This document shows, in pieces, positions 10,389 through 21,299 of a DNA stretch of 64,000 nt (position 1 is the first letter of the stretch; every line of letters begins with the position of its first letter). The DNA is from Candidatus Woesebacteria bacterium. Lineage in GTDB: Bacteria; Patescibacteriota; Microgenomatia; UBA8517. Both the position numbers and the translations under genes were made by a program. The stretch spans positions 346,906-410,905 of the forward strand of contig CP066686.1 of assembly GCA_016432365.1 (NCBI GenBank), in the 5' to 3' direction. Below the pieces are notes generated by a model. That model was not told the origin of the DNA, ran no database searches, and saw only the letters and a list, made by a program, of their open reading frames with translations.

Positions 10389-11587
10389 TACCTATTGGTG
10401 AAATTGTCAGACTTTCAATTCAAAGTCTGCTAAGAAATAAAACACGATCTATTCTTACCATGCTTGGAATAATTATCGGTGTTTCTGCGGTTATACTTTT
10501 AGTATCTATCGGTCAAGGTTTGCAAAATTATATTACACAGCAGTTTGAGTCTCTGGGAAGTAATTTGGTAATAGTTCTTCCCGGAAAAGTTGGTGGTGGG
10601 GGAGGTGGGTTTGGAGCCCCAAATATTGCAGGAAGCAAGTTGAGTTTGGGAGATGTGGATAAACTCTCCAGAATTGGTGGGGCAGTGGAGTCGGTCGGAG
10701 CGGGGATCGAAATGCCTTCCTCAGTTTCTTATCTTGGCAAAACAAAATATACAACAACCGCGGGGCTAACCGCGGAATATCAAAAAATGAGGAACCTTAC
10801 CGTTTCCTCTGGACGCATGATGTCCGAGAGTGATAATCGAGCCGGTAGAAACGTTGTAAATATTGGGCCGGGAATCGTTGACTCATTGTTCGGTGGGGCA
10901 AATCCTATCGGTAAACAAATAACTTTAGGTGGGCAGAAATTCCAAGTTGTCGGGGTATTAAGTAAAATCGGTTCCGGAGGATTCGGAATAGATGTGAATA
11001 GTTTTGTAGTTCTTCCCCTAACCACAGCACAAAAATTGTTCGGTATGAAGAGCGTCCAGGCAATTGGGATAAAAGCTAAAGATAAAGACAGTATTCCGGA
11101 AGTAATAAGACAAGTAAAAAAAGAATTGAGTAAAAGGTTAAAAGAGGATGATTTTTCTGTTGTAGACTCGTCAAGTCTGGTCGCGACAATTAATCAAATA
11201 CTTGGGGTTGTGACTCTTGCCCTCGGTGGAATCGCCGCAATTTCTTTAATTGTCGGCGGTGTGGGAATTATGAATATAATGCTTGTTAGCGTTACCGAGA
11301 GAACCAGGGAAATTGGACTTAGGAAAGCGGTTGGGGCCAAACCCAAGGATATTTTAATTCAATTTATAATTGAATCTGTAACCTTGTCTGTTGTTGGGGG
11401 AGGAATTGGCGTGTTGATAGGTTTTTTAGGAGCTCTTGCGATTAATCAATTTATCTCCACCACTGTTACTTTTTGGTCGGTTGCATTGGCCTTTGGAGTT
11501 TCCGCCGCAATCGGAGTAATTTTTGGCGTCGCCCCCGCCGCAAGTGCCAGTAAACTCAACCCAATTGACGCACTTAAATATGAATAG
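10385..11587 (+). CDS. MacB/FtsX-family ABC permease
   Basis: [38 protein letters not shown]. Confidence 0.95.
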   Translation: MIPIGEIVRLSIQSLLRNKTRSILTMLGIIIGVSAVILLVSIGQGLQNYITQQFESLGSNLVIVLPGKVGGGGGGFGAPNIAGSKLSLGDVDKLSRIGGAVESVGAGIEMPSSVSYLGKTKYTTTAGLTAEYQKMRNLTVSSGRMMSESDNRAGRNVVNIGPGIVDSLFGGANPIGKQITLGGQKFQVVGVLSKIGSGGFGIDVNSFVVLPLTTAQKLFGMKSVQAIGIKAKDKDSIPEVIRQVKKELSKRLKEDDFSVVDSSSLVATINQILGVVTLALGGIAAISLIVGGVGIMNIMLVSVTERTREIGLRKAVGAKPKDILIQFIIESVTLSVVGGGIGVLIGFLGALAINQFISTTVTFWSVALAFGVSAAIGVIFGVAPAASASKLNPIDALKYE

Positions 11588-11631
11588 CTATTCTGCTTGT
11601 AGCTTACCTGATTGCGCGCCATAATAGTTTA

Positions 11632-12681
11632 ATGGCAAAAGTTGCTGGAATAATAGTAGCGATCTTAATTATTTTAATTGGTTGGATATCAATTAAAAAC
11701 GGAACAATAAAAAATATAAATTCTGTTATTCCCAATATTCAAACTCAACTTTCGGATTACGTAATTCCCTCGGAACCCTTAAGCATCAAATTTATGCGTG
11801 CCCAAAATTATCCGGGAAGTGATATTAAAATAGAGGAGACACTCGCTCCTGGTTCAAATTATTCAAGGCACATAGTTTCGTATTATTCTGACGGTCTTAA
11901 AGAATTTGCCTTGATGACTATTCCCCAGAGTCCAAAACCCCAGAATGGATTTCCGGTAATCATTTTCAATCATGGTTATATAATTCCTGAAAAATATACT
12001 CCCGATGGAAATTACATAAGCTATGTCGATGCACTTTCTAAAGCGGGATATATTGTTTTTAAACCCGATTATCGAGGAAATGGAAAGTCGGAAGGAATTC
12101 CCGGGAGTTCATATTTCTCGCCAAACTATGCCATCGATGTTTTAAACGCAATTGGATCTGTTAAAAAATTTGTAGCTGCAGACCCTGGTAGAGTGGGTAT
12201 TTGGGGACATTCAATGGGAGCCAATATTGTTATTAGAGTTTCCGAAATTTCGCCGGAAATTAAAGCAACTGTCATTTGGGGAGGGGTAGTCGGAAGTTAT
12301 AGCGACATTCTTTATAACTGGCAAAACAGGGTTACATATAAACCTAATGCAGAAGATTTGTATTTACGGAATTTGGGCTCTCAGGATTTACTTTCCAAAA
12401 ACGGAACCCCATCTCAAAATTCAGCTTTTTGGAACTCAATAGACCCTACTACTAATTTGAATTTTATCAAAGCACCCATTCAAATTCATGTAGGTCTTGC
12501 GGATCCGCAAGTGCCACCGGACTTTTCTAAAAATTTATTTAATAAATTATCCGATCAAAAAAAACTTGTTGAATATTTTGAATATTCCGGCGCCAATCAT
12601 GATATCAATCAGTCTTTTGGCCTAGCTATGCAAAGGACAATAGAATTTTTTGACAGATATCTAAAACAACCTGAATTTTAA
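11632..12681 (+). CDS. Secreted S9-like alpha/beta hydrolase
   Basis: GHSMG nucleophile elbow, DYRG, catalytic D and H, N-terminal TM segment. Confidence 0.85.
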   Translation: MAKVAGIIVAILIILIGWISIKNGTIKNINSVIPNIQTQLSDYVIPSEPLSIKFMRAQNYPGSDIKIEETLAPGSNYSRHIVSYYSDGLKEFALMTIPQSPKPQNGFPVIIFNHGYIIPEKYTPDGNYISYVDALSKAGYIVFKPDYRGNGKSEGIPGSSYFSPNYAIDVLNAIGSVKKFVAADPGRVGIWGHSMGANIVIRVSEISPEIKATVIWGGVVGSYSDILYNWQNRVTYKPNAEDLYLRNLGSQDLLSKNGTPSQNSAFWNSIDPTTNLNFIKAPIQIHVGLADPQVPPDFSKNLFNKLSDQKKLVEYFEYSGANHDINQSFGLAMQRTIEFFDRYLKQPEF

Positions 12682-12690
12682 GCCTCTCAT

Positions 12691-13266
12691 TCATTTAAGA
12701 ATAAATCCTTTCGAAGAACCGTAATCAATAAATCCGCTAATATCCAAAATTGTATTTTTGATTTTGCAGTTGTCAAAACCACAGCCAAATATTTTTGCTT
12801 CCCGAAAATCCGCTTTTTCTAAATTACATTTCTCGAAAACGCCATTCTCTAGAATAGATTTGTTGAAACTTACATCTGCTAAATCACACATAACAAAAAC
12901 ACTGGAAGTTAAATCTGTGTTTTCAAAATTGCAATTCCTAAGGTCAAAATTGCGTCTGTCGCTTTTGCTGCCCATCTTTAATTTTTGAAAAATACAATTT
13001 TTGGCAACAGCATCCGCAAAATTGCAGTTAGTTATCGATGCGCCTCCAAAGTCCAGAAAGCTCAACTTAGTACCCGGGAAAAAACAACCGGAAAATCCCA
13101 CGGATTCAAACATACTTTCCGAAAAATCACATGAATTAAATTTACAACTTTTAAAGTTTGTAAATTTAAATGTCAGAGCTATGAATTTACACGAATCAAA
13201 TACGTCATTTTCAAAATCACGTCCCTGAATTTCCTTTTCAATAAATATTTTTTTGTAATGTTTCAT
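12691..13266 (-). CDS. Pentapeptide repeat protein
   Basis: Repeated (C/A)xFxx pentapeptides; start placed at MKHYKK. Confidence 0.9.
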   Translation of the reverse strand: MKHYKKIFIEKEIQGRDFENDVFDSCKFIALTFKFTNFKSCKFNSCDFSESMFESVGFSGCFFPGTKLSFLDFGGASITNCNFADAVAKNCIFQKLKMGSKSDRRNFDLRNCNFENTDLTSSVFVMCDLADVSFNKSILENGVFEKCNLEKADFREAKIFGCGFDNCKIKNTILDISGFIDYGSSKGFILK

Positions 13267-13277
13267 ACTAATTTGAT

Positions 13278-13376
13278 GACATCCTCCTCGCATTTAAATG
13301 CAAGGTTTCCCTTCAAGGAGGATGACATATCGGCATTCAATTCATCCCCAATTGAATCGGGGTTTTCTTGAATGCT
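13278..13376. mobile_element. IS200/IS605-like non-autonomous palindromic element (two end hairpins)
   Basis: Two related hairpins, ATCCTCCTCGCATTTAAATGCAAGGTTTCC and ATTCATCCCCAATTGAATCGGGGTTTTCT, each nested in an outer stem. Confidence 0.5.
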
Positions 13377-13392
13377 GTTATAAAGACGCTAA

Positions 13393-14121
13393 TCATGGAA
13401 AGAGGGAAAATTTGATCCCAATTATCAGAAGAAAAAAGGCAACCACATATCTAAATTTTTCTTGTGGTATTTTACCGACCATTAATTTACCAATTTTTAC
13501 TCCAGCAATTGAAGCTAAAATAAAAAACGGAATTCCAACAGACAAACCATGATTAATTCTAGTTCCTCCGTTGAAGTAACCAAGAATTCGCGATCCGTCC
13601 ACCGCTGCGCCAACCAAACCTGTTGTAAAAACATAAATATCTTTGGGTAAATTAAATGATGTTAGGACAACGGCTCGAATCGCACCGCCTGCAACACCGG
13701 TTAATCCACCGAATAGACCAGAAAACGCACCACCAAGAAGTGCGACTTTTGTGTTGGGCGTTATCTTAAATTTAGGTCTAAGAAGAATATACGATACATA
13801 ACTTACTAAGAAAATACCAACAATACGTGATAAAACTTCAGTTGGCATTTTGAAAGTCAACGCTGCCCCTATATATGCAGCGACTATACCCGGAATTCCA
13901 AAGGCTAAAATTATTTTCCAGTTAAGACCGCGTTCAAACATAAATATTTTTGTGACGTCACTAAACCAGTGAACTAGACCAACGAATAACAATGTTTCAG
14001 GATACGGAAGAAAGAAAAGCATCACAGGCACCATTAACGTAGAGACTCCGAAGCCACTTATAGTTCCAAGTGCCGATGCGACAATTGTAAGGAGAGATAC
14101 TAGAAGTATTTCTATAACCAT
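13393..14121 (-). CDS. TauE/SafE (TSUP) family membrane protein
   Basis: About 8 TM segments, GFG and GGA repeats. Confidence 0.88.
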   Translation of the reverse strand: MVIEILLVSLLTIVASALGTISGFGVSTLMVPVMLFFLPYPETLLFVGLVHWFSDVTKIFMFERGLNWKIILAFGIPGIVAAYIGAALTFKMPTEVLSRIVGIFLVSYVSYILLRPKFKITPNTKVALLGGAFSGLFGGLTGVAGGAIRAVVLTSFNLPKDIYVFTTGLVGAAVDGSRILGYFNGGTRINHGLSVGIPFFILASIAGVKIGKLMVGKIPQEKFRYVVAFFLLIIGIKFSLFP

Positions 14122-14122
14122 A

Positions 14123-15319
14123 TCATTTCTTAATAAATAGAATTACGTTGGGTAGGTCTCGTCCAGGACCGGCTTTATATCCCCCGTACCAGAGAGCCGT
14201 GGAACCTCCGCTATCCAAATTTAGTGCATTTTCCATTCCCATTGCTTTCATTACGATTGCCGATTCGGCGACTGTAACGTTGTGTGCGACGCCTATATAG
14301 ACAGTATTACCTTTATTGGCTACAAAACTCCTATTCCCCTTACTCCCTTGTTTAGGATCGTCATTTCCACCAAAAGTGATGTTGCCTCCGGAAACCAAGA
14401 GCGGATAGTTACTTAACATACTGTCAATTCCCGTATCCCGTCCCCATTGGGAAACTGCAGATACAAATCGAACATAACTCCCTCCAAAAATAACTCCCGG
14501 GTTGGTGCTATATACATTATTATCGGAATTAAAATATGTTTTGTTTTTATTCATAAGTAATAGGTCAAACGAATTTGTTTTACCGGCGCATGTTGGATAT
14601 GTAGAAGGGCAAAAATACGACCCGTTAACCCCGGCATACGCTCCGTTTCTGGCTACATAAGTTGCCAAGGGGAGAACTGGACAGTCGTTTGCGCAAGTTG
14701 AATCCGAAGCGGTATCTACTATTACACGAGTTGATCCCAAATCTCCAGCTATTATATCAACCAGAAAATTTCCCCTATCTGTGGCTACTTGTTGTTTGGA
14801 ATACGATCCTGAGTTCGGTACAGATGTACTTACAGGTACATTTTTGGGAATTGCTGCGACGGATGTAGCTGCAATTCTGGCTTGTTCAGCGGCGATTTTA
14901 CTTGAAATCTCATCTAACCCCTTCTCTGCACCTATATAGTCTTGTTTGCCAAGAAGGACGAGAATGTTTGCAAACAGTGTATCAAGCCCTTTTATTTCCT
15001 TTGGTGGATTTTCCAGATCTAAAAGTTTTTCATAAATTGTAACTGCATGGGTAAATGTTTTTTGGATATTGTCAATTTGTTTTTTGAGTTCAGTGTTGGT
15101 CTTGTAAGGGTCTGCCGATTTGATATCTGTCAGTTCTTTATTTATCTCCTGAATAGTAATGGTATTTTTGGAGACTGTTGCTTTCAAAGCCGTATTCTGG
15201 AGGTAGAGGTTAACCGAATATCCAATCGACAATAGAAGTACAGCGCTTATTGCAACTAATGATATCGTCATCCACTTTTGCCCGATGAAAATTTTTTTAA
15301 TGTTTAAATTGATTGGCAT
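14123..15319 (-). CDS. Phosphodiester glycosidase (NAGPA/DUF2233) family protein
   Basis: GVNGSYF, RSFVA, ALNLDSGGSTAL; TM segment plus coiled coil. Confidence 0.85.
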   Translation of the reverse strand: MPINLNIKKIFIGQKWMTISLVAISAVLLLSIGYSVNLYLQNTALKATVSKNTITIQEINKELTDIKSADPYKTNTELKKQIDNIQKTFTHAVTIYEKLLDLENPPKEIKGLDTLFANILVLLGKQDYIGAEKGLDEISSKIAAEQARIAATSVAAIPKNVPVSTSVPNSGSYSKQQVATDRGNFLVDIIAGDLGSTRVIVDTASDSTCANDCPVLPLATYVARNGAYAGVNGSYFCPSTYPTCAGKTNSFDLLLMNKNKTYFNSDNNVYSTNPGVIFGGSYVRFVSAVSQWGRDTGIDSMLSNYPLLVSGGNITFGGNDDPKQGSKGNRSFVANKGNTVYIGVAHNVTVAESAIVMKAMGMENALNLDSGGSTALWYGGYKAGPGRDLPNVILFIKK

Positions 15320-15323
15320 CGAT

Positions 15324-15845
15324 TCAATTTACCACAAATCTAGTATCTAAAGCCAACGGCAACACTTTTGAGTCAAGCATCTTTGTGGCAGTTTTCAAAT
15401 CCTTTTTACTTAGTGCCCTACGAATTTTTGTTGCAGAAATCTTGTTAGATTTTTCTTTTCTATCAATCAAAACTTTTGTCTTAAATCTTTCTGCCAGTAC
15501 TTTTAAATCTTCAACACTTCCGCCAAAAAAAGTAAATTTGGCTTTCATCCTTTTTTCCAATTCCTCAACACTATCCAACCATACATTGTTTGTGTCGTTG
15601 TGGAAAGTTATTAAATTGGGTTCCGGGTCGGGTAGGGGGAGAATTCTAATATTCGGATAAATAGAACGAATCATATTTTTTCGTTGACTGAAAGTATAAG
15701 GTGTGCGGGAGTTTATCGTGGTGGAAGACCCTATTATTATCAAAACGCTTTTCTCACCAAAGTCGTAAATTAATTTATCTACAATTTTTTGATGTCCAAG
15801 GTGGAAAGGACAAAACCTTCCGAGTAAGACTGAATACTCTTTCAT
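15324..15845 (-). CDS. NadM-like nucleotidyltransferase (candidate NMN/NaMN adenylyltransferase)
   Basis: GRFCPFHLGH (HxGH), IIGSS, PYTFSQR, ISATKIR. Confidence 0.75.
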   Translation of the reverse strand: MKEYSVLLGRFCPFHLGHQKIVDKLIYDFGEKSVLIIIGSSTTINSRTPYTFSQRKNMIRSIYPNIRILPLPDPEPNLITFHNDTNNVWLDSVEELEKRMKAKFTFFGGSVEDLKVLAERFKTKVLIDRKEKSNKISATKIRRALSKKDLKTATKMLDSKVLPLALDTRFVVN

Positions 15846-17785
15846 CATCGTTTATTTGTTGGCTGTTCATATGGTGACGCTTTCAATGCTGCAAGTAAAT
15901 CTTCAAGTTTAATTCTTGCAACTGCAACCGTGGTGTCTCCTGCCCCGTAGTAAACCAATAGTTGATCTTTTAGAATCACATATCCACAGGAAAAAACGGT
16001 TCCGGGACGAAATCCGCTCATTTCATAATTCTTTTCGGGTTCAAGTATGGGATAGTCTAAAAGATTTTTGATTGTTAAGGGATCCTTAAGGTCTAAAAGC
16101 ATTGCACCTAGTCGATATTTTAAGTCGTCTTTAGAGAGCCCGTGGAATATAAGCAGCCATCCTTGGGTAGTTCTAATTGGCGTCCCGGTTATCCCTACTT
16201 TTTCGGAGTACCATTTGTCGGACCTTGGTTCAAAAAGTATATTACCCTGAATCCATCTGCCGTCGCTAAAATCCATGGTGTCGGTATAGTCAATCCAAAT
16301 TCTGTGATTGGTTCTATGGAAAATTGCGTATTTTCCTCCGATTTTTTCTGGCAGAACACATGCGTTTTTGTCGTTTATCTCACGCGGGGAGACAATCATG
16401 GCTTTGCTCCAATTCCATTTTTTCTGCAAAAAATCATCTACACTAATAGTGCTAAAGGCTATATGGGTTGGGTCACCGTCTTTATATGCGGTGTAAAAAA
16501 GATAGAGTGTATCACCAATTCTAGTAATTCTGGGGTCTTCACAACCTAAAGTTTCGTAATCTTCTCGTGGTACATACACAGGTTTATCCAATCTTTCTTC
16601 AATGGTCACTCCATCAGTCGAATTCGCATAGCCCAGAGTCGATACATTGTCTGTCCCTTGGGCTCGGTAGAGAATGTGAACTTTTTCCTCAAGTACAATT
16701 GCAGTGGGGTTAAATGTATACATTGCTTCCCATTTGCTTAAGGGCCTTGGGGAAATAATCGGGTTTCCTTCAAATCTTGCTAAATGCGCCTTCATTGGCC
16801 TAATGCCTGCGCCGGTCTTTTCGTCAAAATACATGTTGTTAATAAGAAGGTCCAAATTAATCGATGCGACCGCGCTTACACTATCTGCCGCGCCATAATA
16901 AACGTATAAAATTCCGTCATTAACAACTGCCCCGCTTGGAAATATTACATATGGGACTTCTCCAAAAAGTTCATATTGCTCCTTCGGAGTAAGCAAGGGG
17001 TCTGTGGTTCGGGCCAGAATAGTCTGGGGATCGTCTGCTTTAAGAAGAACCGCCTCAATTCCAAATTTTTGATCAGAAGAAAAATAATCGCTGATGTACG
17101 AGTGGATCAAAAGCCATCCATATTTGGTTTTAATGGGTACTGCCCCAACTTCAACCTGGTGCGAACTGTCGCGTAGAAGGTCGATTTTATTGAGGTCAAT
17201 GTTTTTTTGCCACTTATCCCAATAATCCTCGGACCAAATGTCGTTAATTTCGTCAAAATAGGCGATACAAATTTTAGAAGGTGGCCTATCGGGATTAACA
17301 GTAATCAGCATTGCATATTTGCCGTTAATTTTTTCCGGAAAAAGGCAAGCAGCTTTGGCATTGAACGGGGTGACCAGGTGTTTTTCTTCGATAGTTTTAA
17401 AGTCGTGGGTTATCGCAACCCCAACTTTTATGCAATCAGCGTTATAGGGATAATTAGAAAGAGCGGTATAAAAGATATAATAGATATCGTCGATTTTTGT
17501 GATTCTTGGGTCTTCGCATCCATATTTTTCCCAATCGTACTCGGGTTCTATTAGTTGTTTTCTGTTTACAAAATGTATCGGGTCTGGAGAATTTGCGTAC
17601 CCGATTGTTGAAAGTTTTATTTCTTTGTCAAAATATGGCTTTGCTTTTGAAAGCGCCCTATAAACCATGTGATACAAATGTCCGTCTTCGATAACTGATG
17701 GATTAAAACTTGCCTGGTTTTCCCACCTGTTTGTGGCAGAAGGGGATAATATTGGATTTTCGAATGATCTAGTTAGCTTTAACAT
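15845..17785 (-). CDS. Two-domain GH130/DUF377 glycoside phosphorylase-like protein
   Basis: Two copies of NP(S/T), GCEDPRIT and YYGA(A/G)D; start placed at MLKLTR. Confidence 0.88.
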   Translation of the reverse strand: MLKLTRSFENPILSPSATNRWENQASFNPSVIEDGHLYHMVYRALSKAKPYFDKEIKLSTIGYANSPDPIHFVNRKQLIEPEYDWEKYGCEDPRITKIDDIYYIFYTALSNYPYNADCIKVGVAITHDFKTIEEKHLVTPFNAKAACLFPEKINGKYAMLITVNPDRPPSKICIAYFDEINDIWSEDYWDKWQKNIDLNKIDLLRDSSHQVEVGAVPIKTKYGWLLIHSYISDYFSSDQKFGIEAVLLKADDPQTILARTTDPLLTPKEQYELFGEVPYVIFPSGAVVNDGILYVYYGAADSVSAVASINLDLLINNMYFDEKTGAGIRPMKAHLARFEGNPIISPRPLSKWEAMYTFNPTAIVLEEKVHILYRAQGTDNVSTLGYANSTDGVTIEERLDKPVYVPREDYETLGCEDPRITRIGDTLYLFYTAYKDGDPTHIAFSTISVDDFLQKKWNWSKAMIVSPREINDKNACVLPEKIGGKYAIFHRTNHRIWIDYTDTMDFSDGRWIQGNILFEPRSDKWYSEKVGITGTPIRTTQGWLLIFHGLSKDDLKYRLGAMLLDLKDPLTIKNLLDYPILEPEKNYEMSGFRPGTVFSCGYVILKDQLLVYYGAGDTTVAVARIKLEDLLAALKASPYEQPTNKR

Positions 17786-19607
17786 TAAAATTAGATAGGT
17801 CCTCTGTCCCAATACTGTCCAAATGCGGCGAATTGTCAAACTTAAGTGCGTCCAAAAATTCGTTTACATTGGCCATGGCGGCTGCTATATATGTGTCGGA
17901 AGCGCCATAATAAACAATTAGTTTTTCATCAATTACTACAGCCCCGCACGGATAGACTACACCAGGTTTAAAACCCGAATTTTCATAATGTGCTGCAGGT
18001 TCAAGTATTGGACGGCTTGATCTATATAATACTTTTGTTGGGTCTTTCAGGTCCAGTAGCATCGCTCCAATCTTGTAAACTCCGTGATCAAAACCCACGG
18101 CTTGATAAATGGCAAGCCACCCATCCTTAGTTTTTATGGGTGGTGGCCCGATGCCGACTTTTTTACTGTCCCAAAAATTCGGTCGTGGGTGGATTCTGAA
18201 TTCACCGGAAAGCCATGCACTTTTTCCGTCGAAATCCAAATCATCGACAAAATCAATTAATATATCCGGGTAAATTCTATGGAATATTACGTATTTACCG
18301 TCAATTTTCTCCGATAAAATACATGCATTTTTGTCTACAACTCCCGGGGGTGAAATTAAAACTGACTTTGCCCAGTTTTCCCATTTTTGATTTTCGAAGT
18401 CTTTGGTTGAAATATAGGTGAGTGCCACACGGGGTTCGGATTTGCCGTTATAGGCAACGTAAGTGAGGTAAAATTTATCATCAATTTTAGTTATCCTCGG
18501 ATCTTCAATTCCGCCGTAGCCACCGCCACCCGACACAAACGGTGATGTTTTAATCGGGATATCGTAATTTGGATGTTCAAATTCCTCCTTGGGAACATAG
18601 GCAGGGGTCGAAAATCTGCTGTCGACGTTTACACCGTTACTGCTTGTTGCATACCCCAAAACAGAGGTGTCGTGATCTCCAATAGCCCTGTAGAGAAGAT
18701 GGACTTTTTCGCCGTGATAAACCGCAGCGGCGTTAAATACCTGTTTTGATTCCCAGAGATTGGAACTTGGAGTAATTATCGGGTTGTTTAGAAACCGTAT
18801 TAAAGTTGCATGCGGAAGCGGTGAGCCGCTTATTACATATTCTTCGACCGGTGTATGAACTACACAAAAAACTCCTTTTTGTTCCATTTCCCAGTAAGAA
18901 TAATATGTGCCTCCGTATTCGATAATGCCGACCGGTTTTATCGGTTTCCCTGTCCATTCCTGAGGGGCTTGCCAGTAGGCTTTTTCAGTTTTCCACTTAA
19001 CAAGAGTCGGATCTAATGGATCCAGATTAACAATCCAAATTGAATAATGGTTATGGCCTTCATGCTCTTCCTCCCGGAAGTACGTCATGACAATACCTTC
19101 CGGAGTCTCTTTAACGGAACCCATCGTATAATGGAATTTTGAGGCCGGTAAATCAACTTTTTTTATATTCCACCTTTCGTTGTCTTCCGACAGGCCAACA
19201 TTCAGCGATGTTCCACCAAAGAAAACAACAGATTGATCCTTGTGCTTGAAAAACGGAACGGAAATTGCGGCCTCGGTAATAGGGAAAAGACGTTTTGAGC
19301 CTTTCCAATGGCAAAAATCGGTTGATGTGGCCATATTCAAATATTTATGCCCAGCCTTTTCGGATAGGTATAAAAGTTGATAAATATCCCCGGTTTTTAT
19401 CGAGTTAAACGAAGAAGTTCCCAAAATTGCTTCCGACGAACTTAAACCCTCTATCGTGCATTCATCAGTATATTTATTGAATATTTTACCATCGGTACTA
19501 TAATCCATTCGAAAATTTGGAGACTTGTTTTGGGCGGGGTTATAGCAAATAAATATTTTTTCGTCGAACGAGGCTACACCCAATGTTTTAAATACGTTAT
19601 CTTCCAT
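17769..19607 (-). CDS. GH130/DUF377 protein with degenerate N-terminal propeller
   Basis: FNAAA, GIEDPRIT, DKNA, VVYPCG, YYGASD. Confidence 0.88.
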   Translation of the reverse strand: MEDNVFKTLGVASFDEKIFICYNPAQNKSPNFRMDYSTDGKIFNKYTDECTIEGLSSSEAILGTSSFNSIKTGDIYQLLYLSEKAGHKYLNMATSTDFCHWKGSKRLFPITEAAISVPFFKHKDQSVVFFGGTSLNVGLSEDNERWNIKKVDLPASKFHYTMGSVKETPEGIVMTYFREEEHEGHNHYSIWIVNLDPLDPTLVKWKTEKAYWQAPQEWTGKPIKPVGIIEYGGTYYSYWEMEQKGVFCVVHTPVEEYVISGSPLPHATLIRFLNNPIITPSSNLWESKQVFNAAAVYHGEKVHLLYRAIGDHDTSVLGYATSSNGVNVDSRFSTPAYVPKEEFEHPNYDIPIKTSPFVSGGGGYGGIEDPRITKIDDKFYLTYVAYNGKSEPRVALTYISTKDFENQKWENWAKSVLISPPGVVDKNACILSEKIDGKYVIFHRIYPDILIDFVDDLDFDGKSAWLSGEFRIHPRPNFWDSKKVGIGPPPIKTKDGWLAIYQAVGFDHGVYKIGAMLLDLKDPTKVLYRSSRPILEPAAHYENSGFKPGVVYPCGAVVIDEKLIVYYGASDTYIAAAMANVNEFLDALKFDNSPHLDSIGTEDLSNFNVKAN

Positions 19608-19743
19608 TTTATGAAATTAATACCTCGACATTCAAGTTAACCACATACAGATATGTTTTTGAATGGCCATTTCGGATCAATATTTTTTAAATATGATAAT
19701 TATCTAATGTTACTATTTAGTAACACAAAATTGAATAAGTAAG

Positions 19744-19995
19744 TTATGCTTTGCTATTTTTGAGGACTAGCGCATTCTTTTTAGTCTTGGGCAATCGCTT
19801 TATTTCCGCTTCCCGTTTTAGAGCCTCAGATCTTGTAGAGAATTCTTTCTGGTAAATAATTTTTTCAGGCTTGTGGCTCTTAGTATAACGTGCCCCACGA
19901 CCTTCAACATGGTCCTTGAATCGTTTTTTGATATTGTTGGTAGAGCCTGTGTAGTAGCTACCGTCTTGGCAAAGCAGAATGTATACAAACCACAT
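19744..19995 (-). CDS. GIY-YIG nuclease (UPF0213-like)
   Basis: FVYIL..DGSYYTGST, GARYT, ALKRE. Confidence 0.92.
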   Translation of the reverse strand: MWFVYILLCQDGSYYTGSTNNIKKRFKDHVEGRGARYTKSHKPEKIIYQKEFSTRSEALKREAEIKRLPKTKKNALVLKNSKA

Positions 19996-19999
19996 AATT

Positions 20000-20404
20000 T
20001 TACTGCCTATTCTCAAACCATAAAGGATTCTCGATTTTGTTTCCGTGGCGGTAGTCAAAAGTTATTTCTTCATCTTTTTTAATGTTTTTTAAGGCAATAA
20101 ATTCGACTATTTCTTTTTTTGGATAAATTTTGAAATTTGAGTTCGGCGTTTCGGAATGATTGTAGATTGATCCAAAACCAAGCATGATACACAAGCGTTC
20201 TTTAGTTTTTCCGAAGTAAAGAAAGTAAGTTACCAAAAAACTTTCATATAACTTAGAAGTATCACCTATTGGTATTTCTATGATCGGACATTTTTCGATA
20301 ATTTCTCCTTTTTTGATATTGCACTTAGCAAACACCCCTCGTCCGGCGCTGGAAATTTTCGACTCGGAAACGTAAATTTTATCTGATGCCGAAAGTTTTC
20401 TCAT
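20000..20404 (-). CDS. SET domain protein
   Basis: GRGVFA, YNHSETPN, EEITFDY. Confidence 0.92.
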   Translation of the reverse strand: MRKLSASDKIYVSESKISSAGRGVFAKCNIKKGEIIEKCPIIEIPIGDTSKLYESFLVTYFLYFGKTKERLCIMLGFGSIYNHSETPNSNFKIYPKKEIVEFIALKNIKKDEEITFDYRHGNKIENPLWFENRQ

Positions 20405-20441
20405 GATGTGATTATACTATTATTCAGGTTATAATTTACTC

Positions 20442-21299
20442 ATGTCTTGGCAATTTTTGATTGGAATAAGTATATTGCTATACTCTGTTTCTGTTCTTCT
20501 CCAAAGAGTTTTGCTAAAAGACGACCAGACTGAACCAATATCCTTTTCGATATTCTTTCAGATCGGAGTTGCAACAGTTATTGGAATATTGGTTTTAGTA
20601 ATTCGCGGTGGAATCCCGATTCCAGATTTGAGTCAAATATCTTGGAGTGTTTTGGTAATGACGGCTTTATATGCTCTCGCAAATATTTTCATTTTTAAAT
20701 CCCTAAAGACCACCGAGGCTTCGAGATTTACAGTAATATTTTCAAGTAAAACACTTTTTGCTGTACTTGGTTCATCCTTGATTTTTAGAGAAGGTTTGAC
20801 AAGCGCTCAGTGGGCTGGGGCGATATTAATTGTTATGGGAGTTATCGTAATTGCGATAAAAGATTTAAGCAAGAAAATAAATAAAGGAGACATTTTTGCT
20901 CTTTTTGCAGCCGTTATGTTTGGGTTAGCTAATACAAACGATCGATTCTTGGTCCAATTTTTTGATCCTTACTCGTACGTAGTTATTGGATTTTTACTGC
21001 CAGGAGTAGCAATAGCTCTTTTTTATCCAAAAAAACTTATTAATTTTAAAATTTATTTTAAAAAGGCATTTGTTTATAAAATGGTAATCCTTTGCCTACT
21101 GTATGGCCTAGCTGCGGTAACATTTTTTGCGGCATTGCAAGCTACACCTAACTCATCACAACTTTTCTCAATTAACTCATTTGGGGCCATATTGGCTGTT
21201 GTTTTTTCAATAATTTTTCTTAAAGAAACAGACAAAATTGCTAAGAAGATTTTGGGTGCGGTAATAAGTGTTGCCGGGCTTTTGCTAGTAAATAAATGA
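20442..21299 (+). CDS. EamA/DMT family transporter
   Basis: 10 TM segments arranged as two repeats. Confidence 0.85.
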   Translation: MSWQFLIGISILLYSVSVLLQRVLLKDDQTEPISFSIFFQIGVATVIGILVLVIRGGIPIPDLSQISWSVLVMTALYALANIFIFKSLKTTEASRFTVIFSSKTLFAVLGSSLIFREGLTSAQWAGAILIVMGVIVIAIKDLSKKINKGDIFALFAAVMFGLANTNDRFLVQFFDPYSYVVIGFLLPGVAIALFYPKKLINFKIYFKKAFVYKMVILCLLYGLAAVTFFAALQATPNSSQLFSINSFGAILAVVFSIIFLKETDKIAKKILGAVISVAGLLLVNK

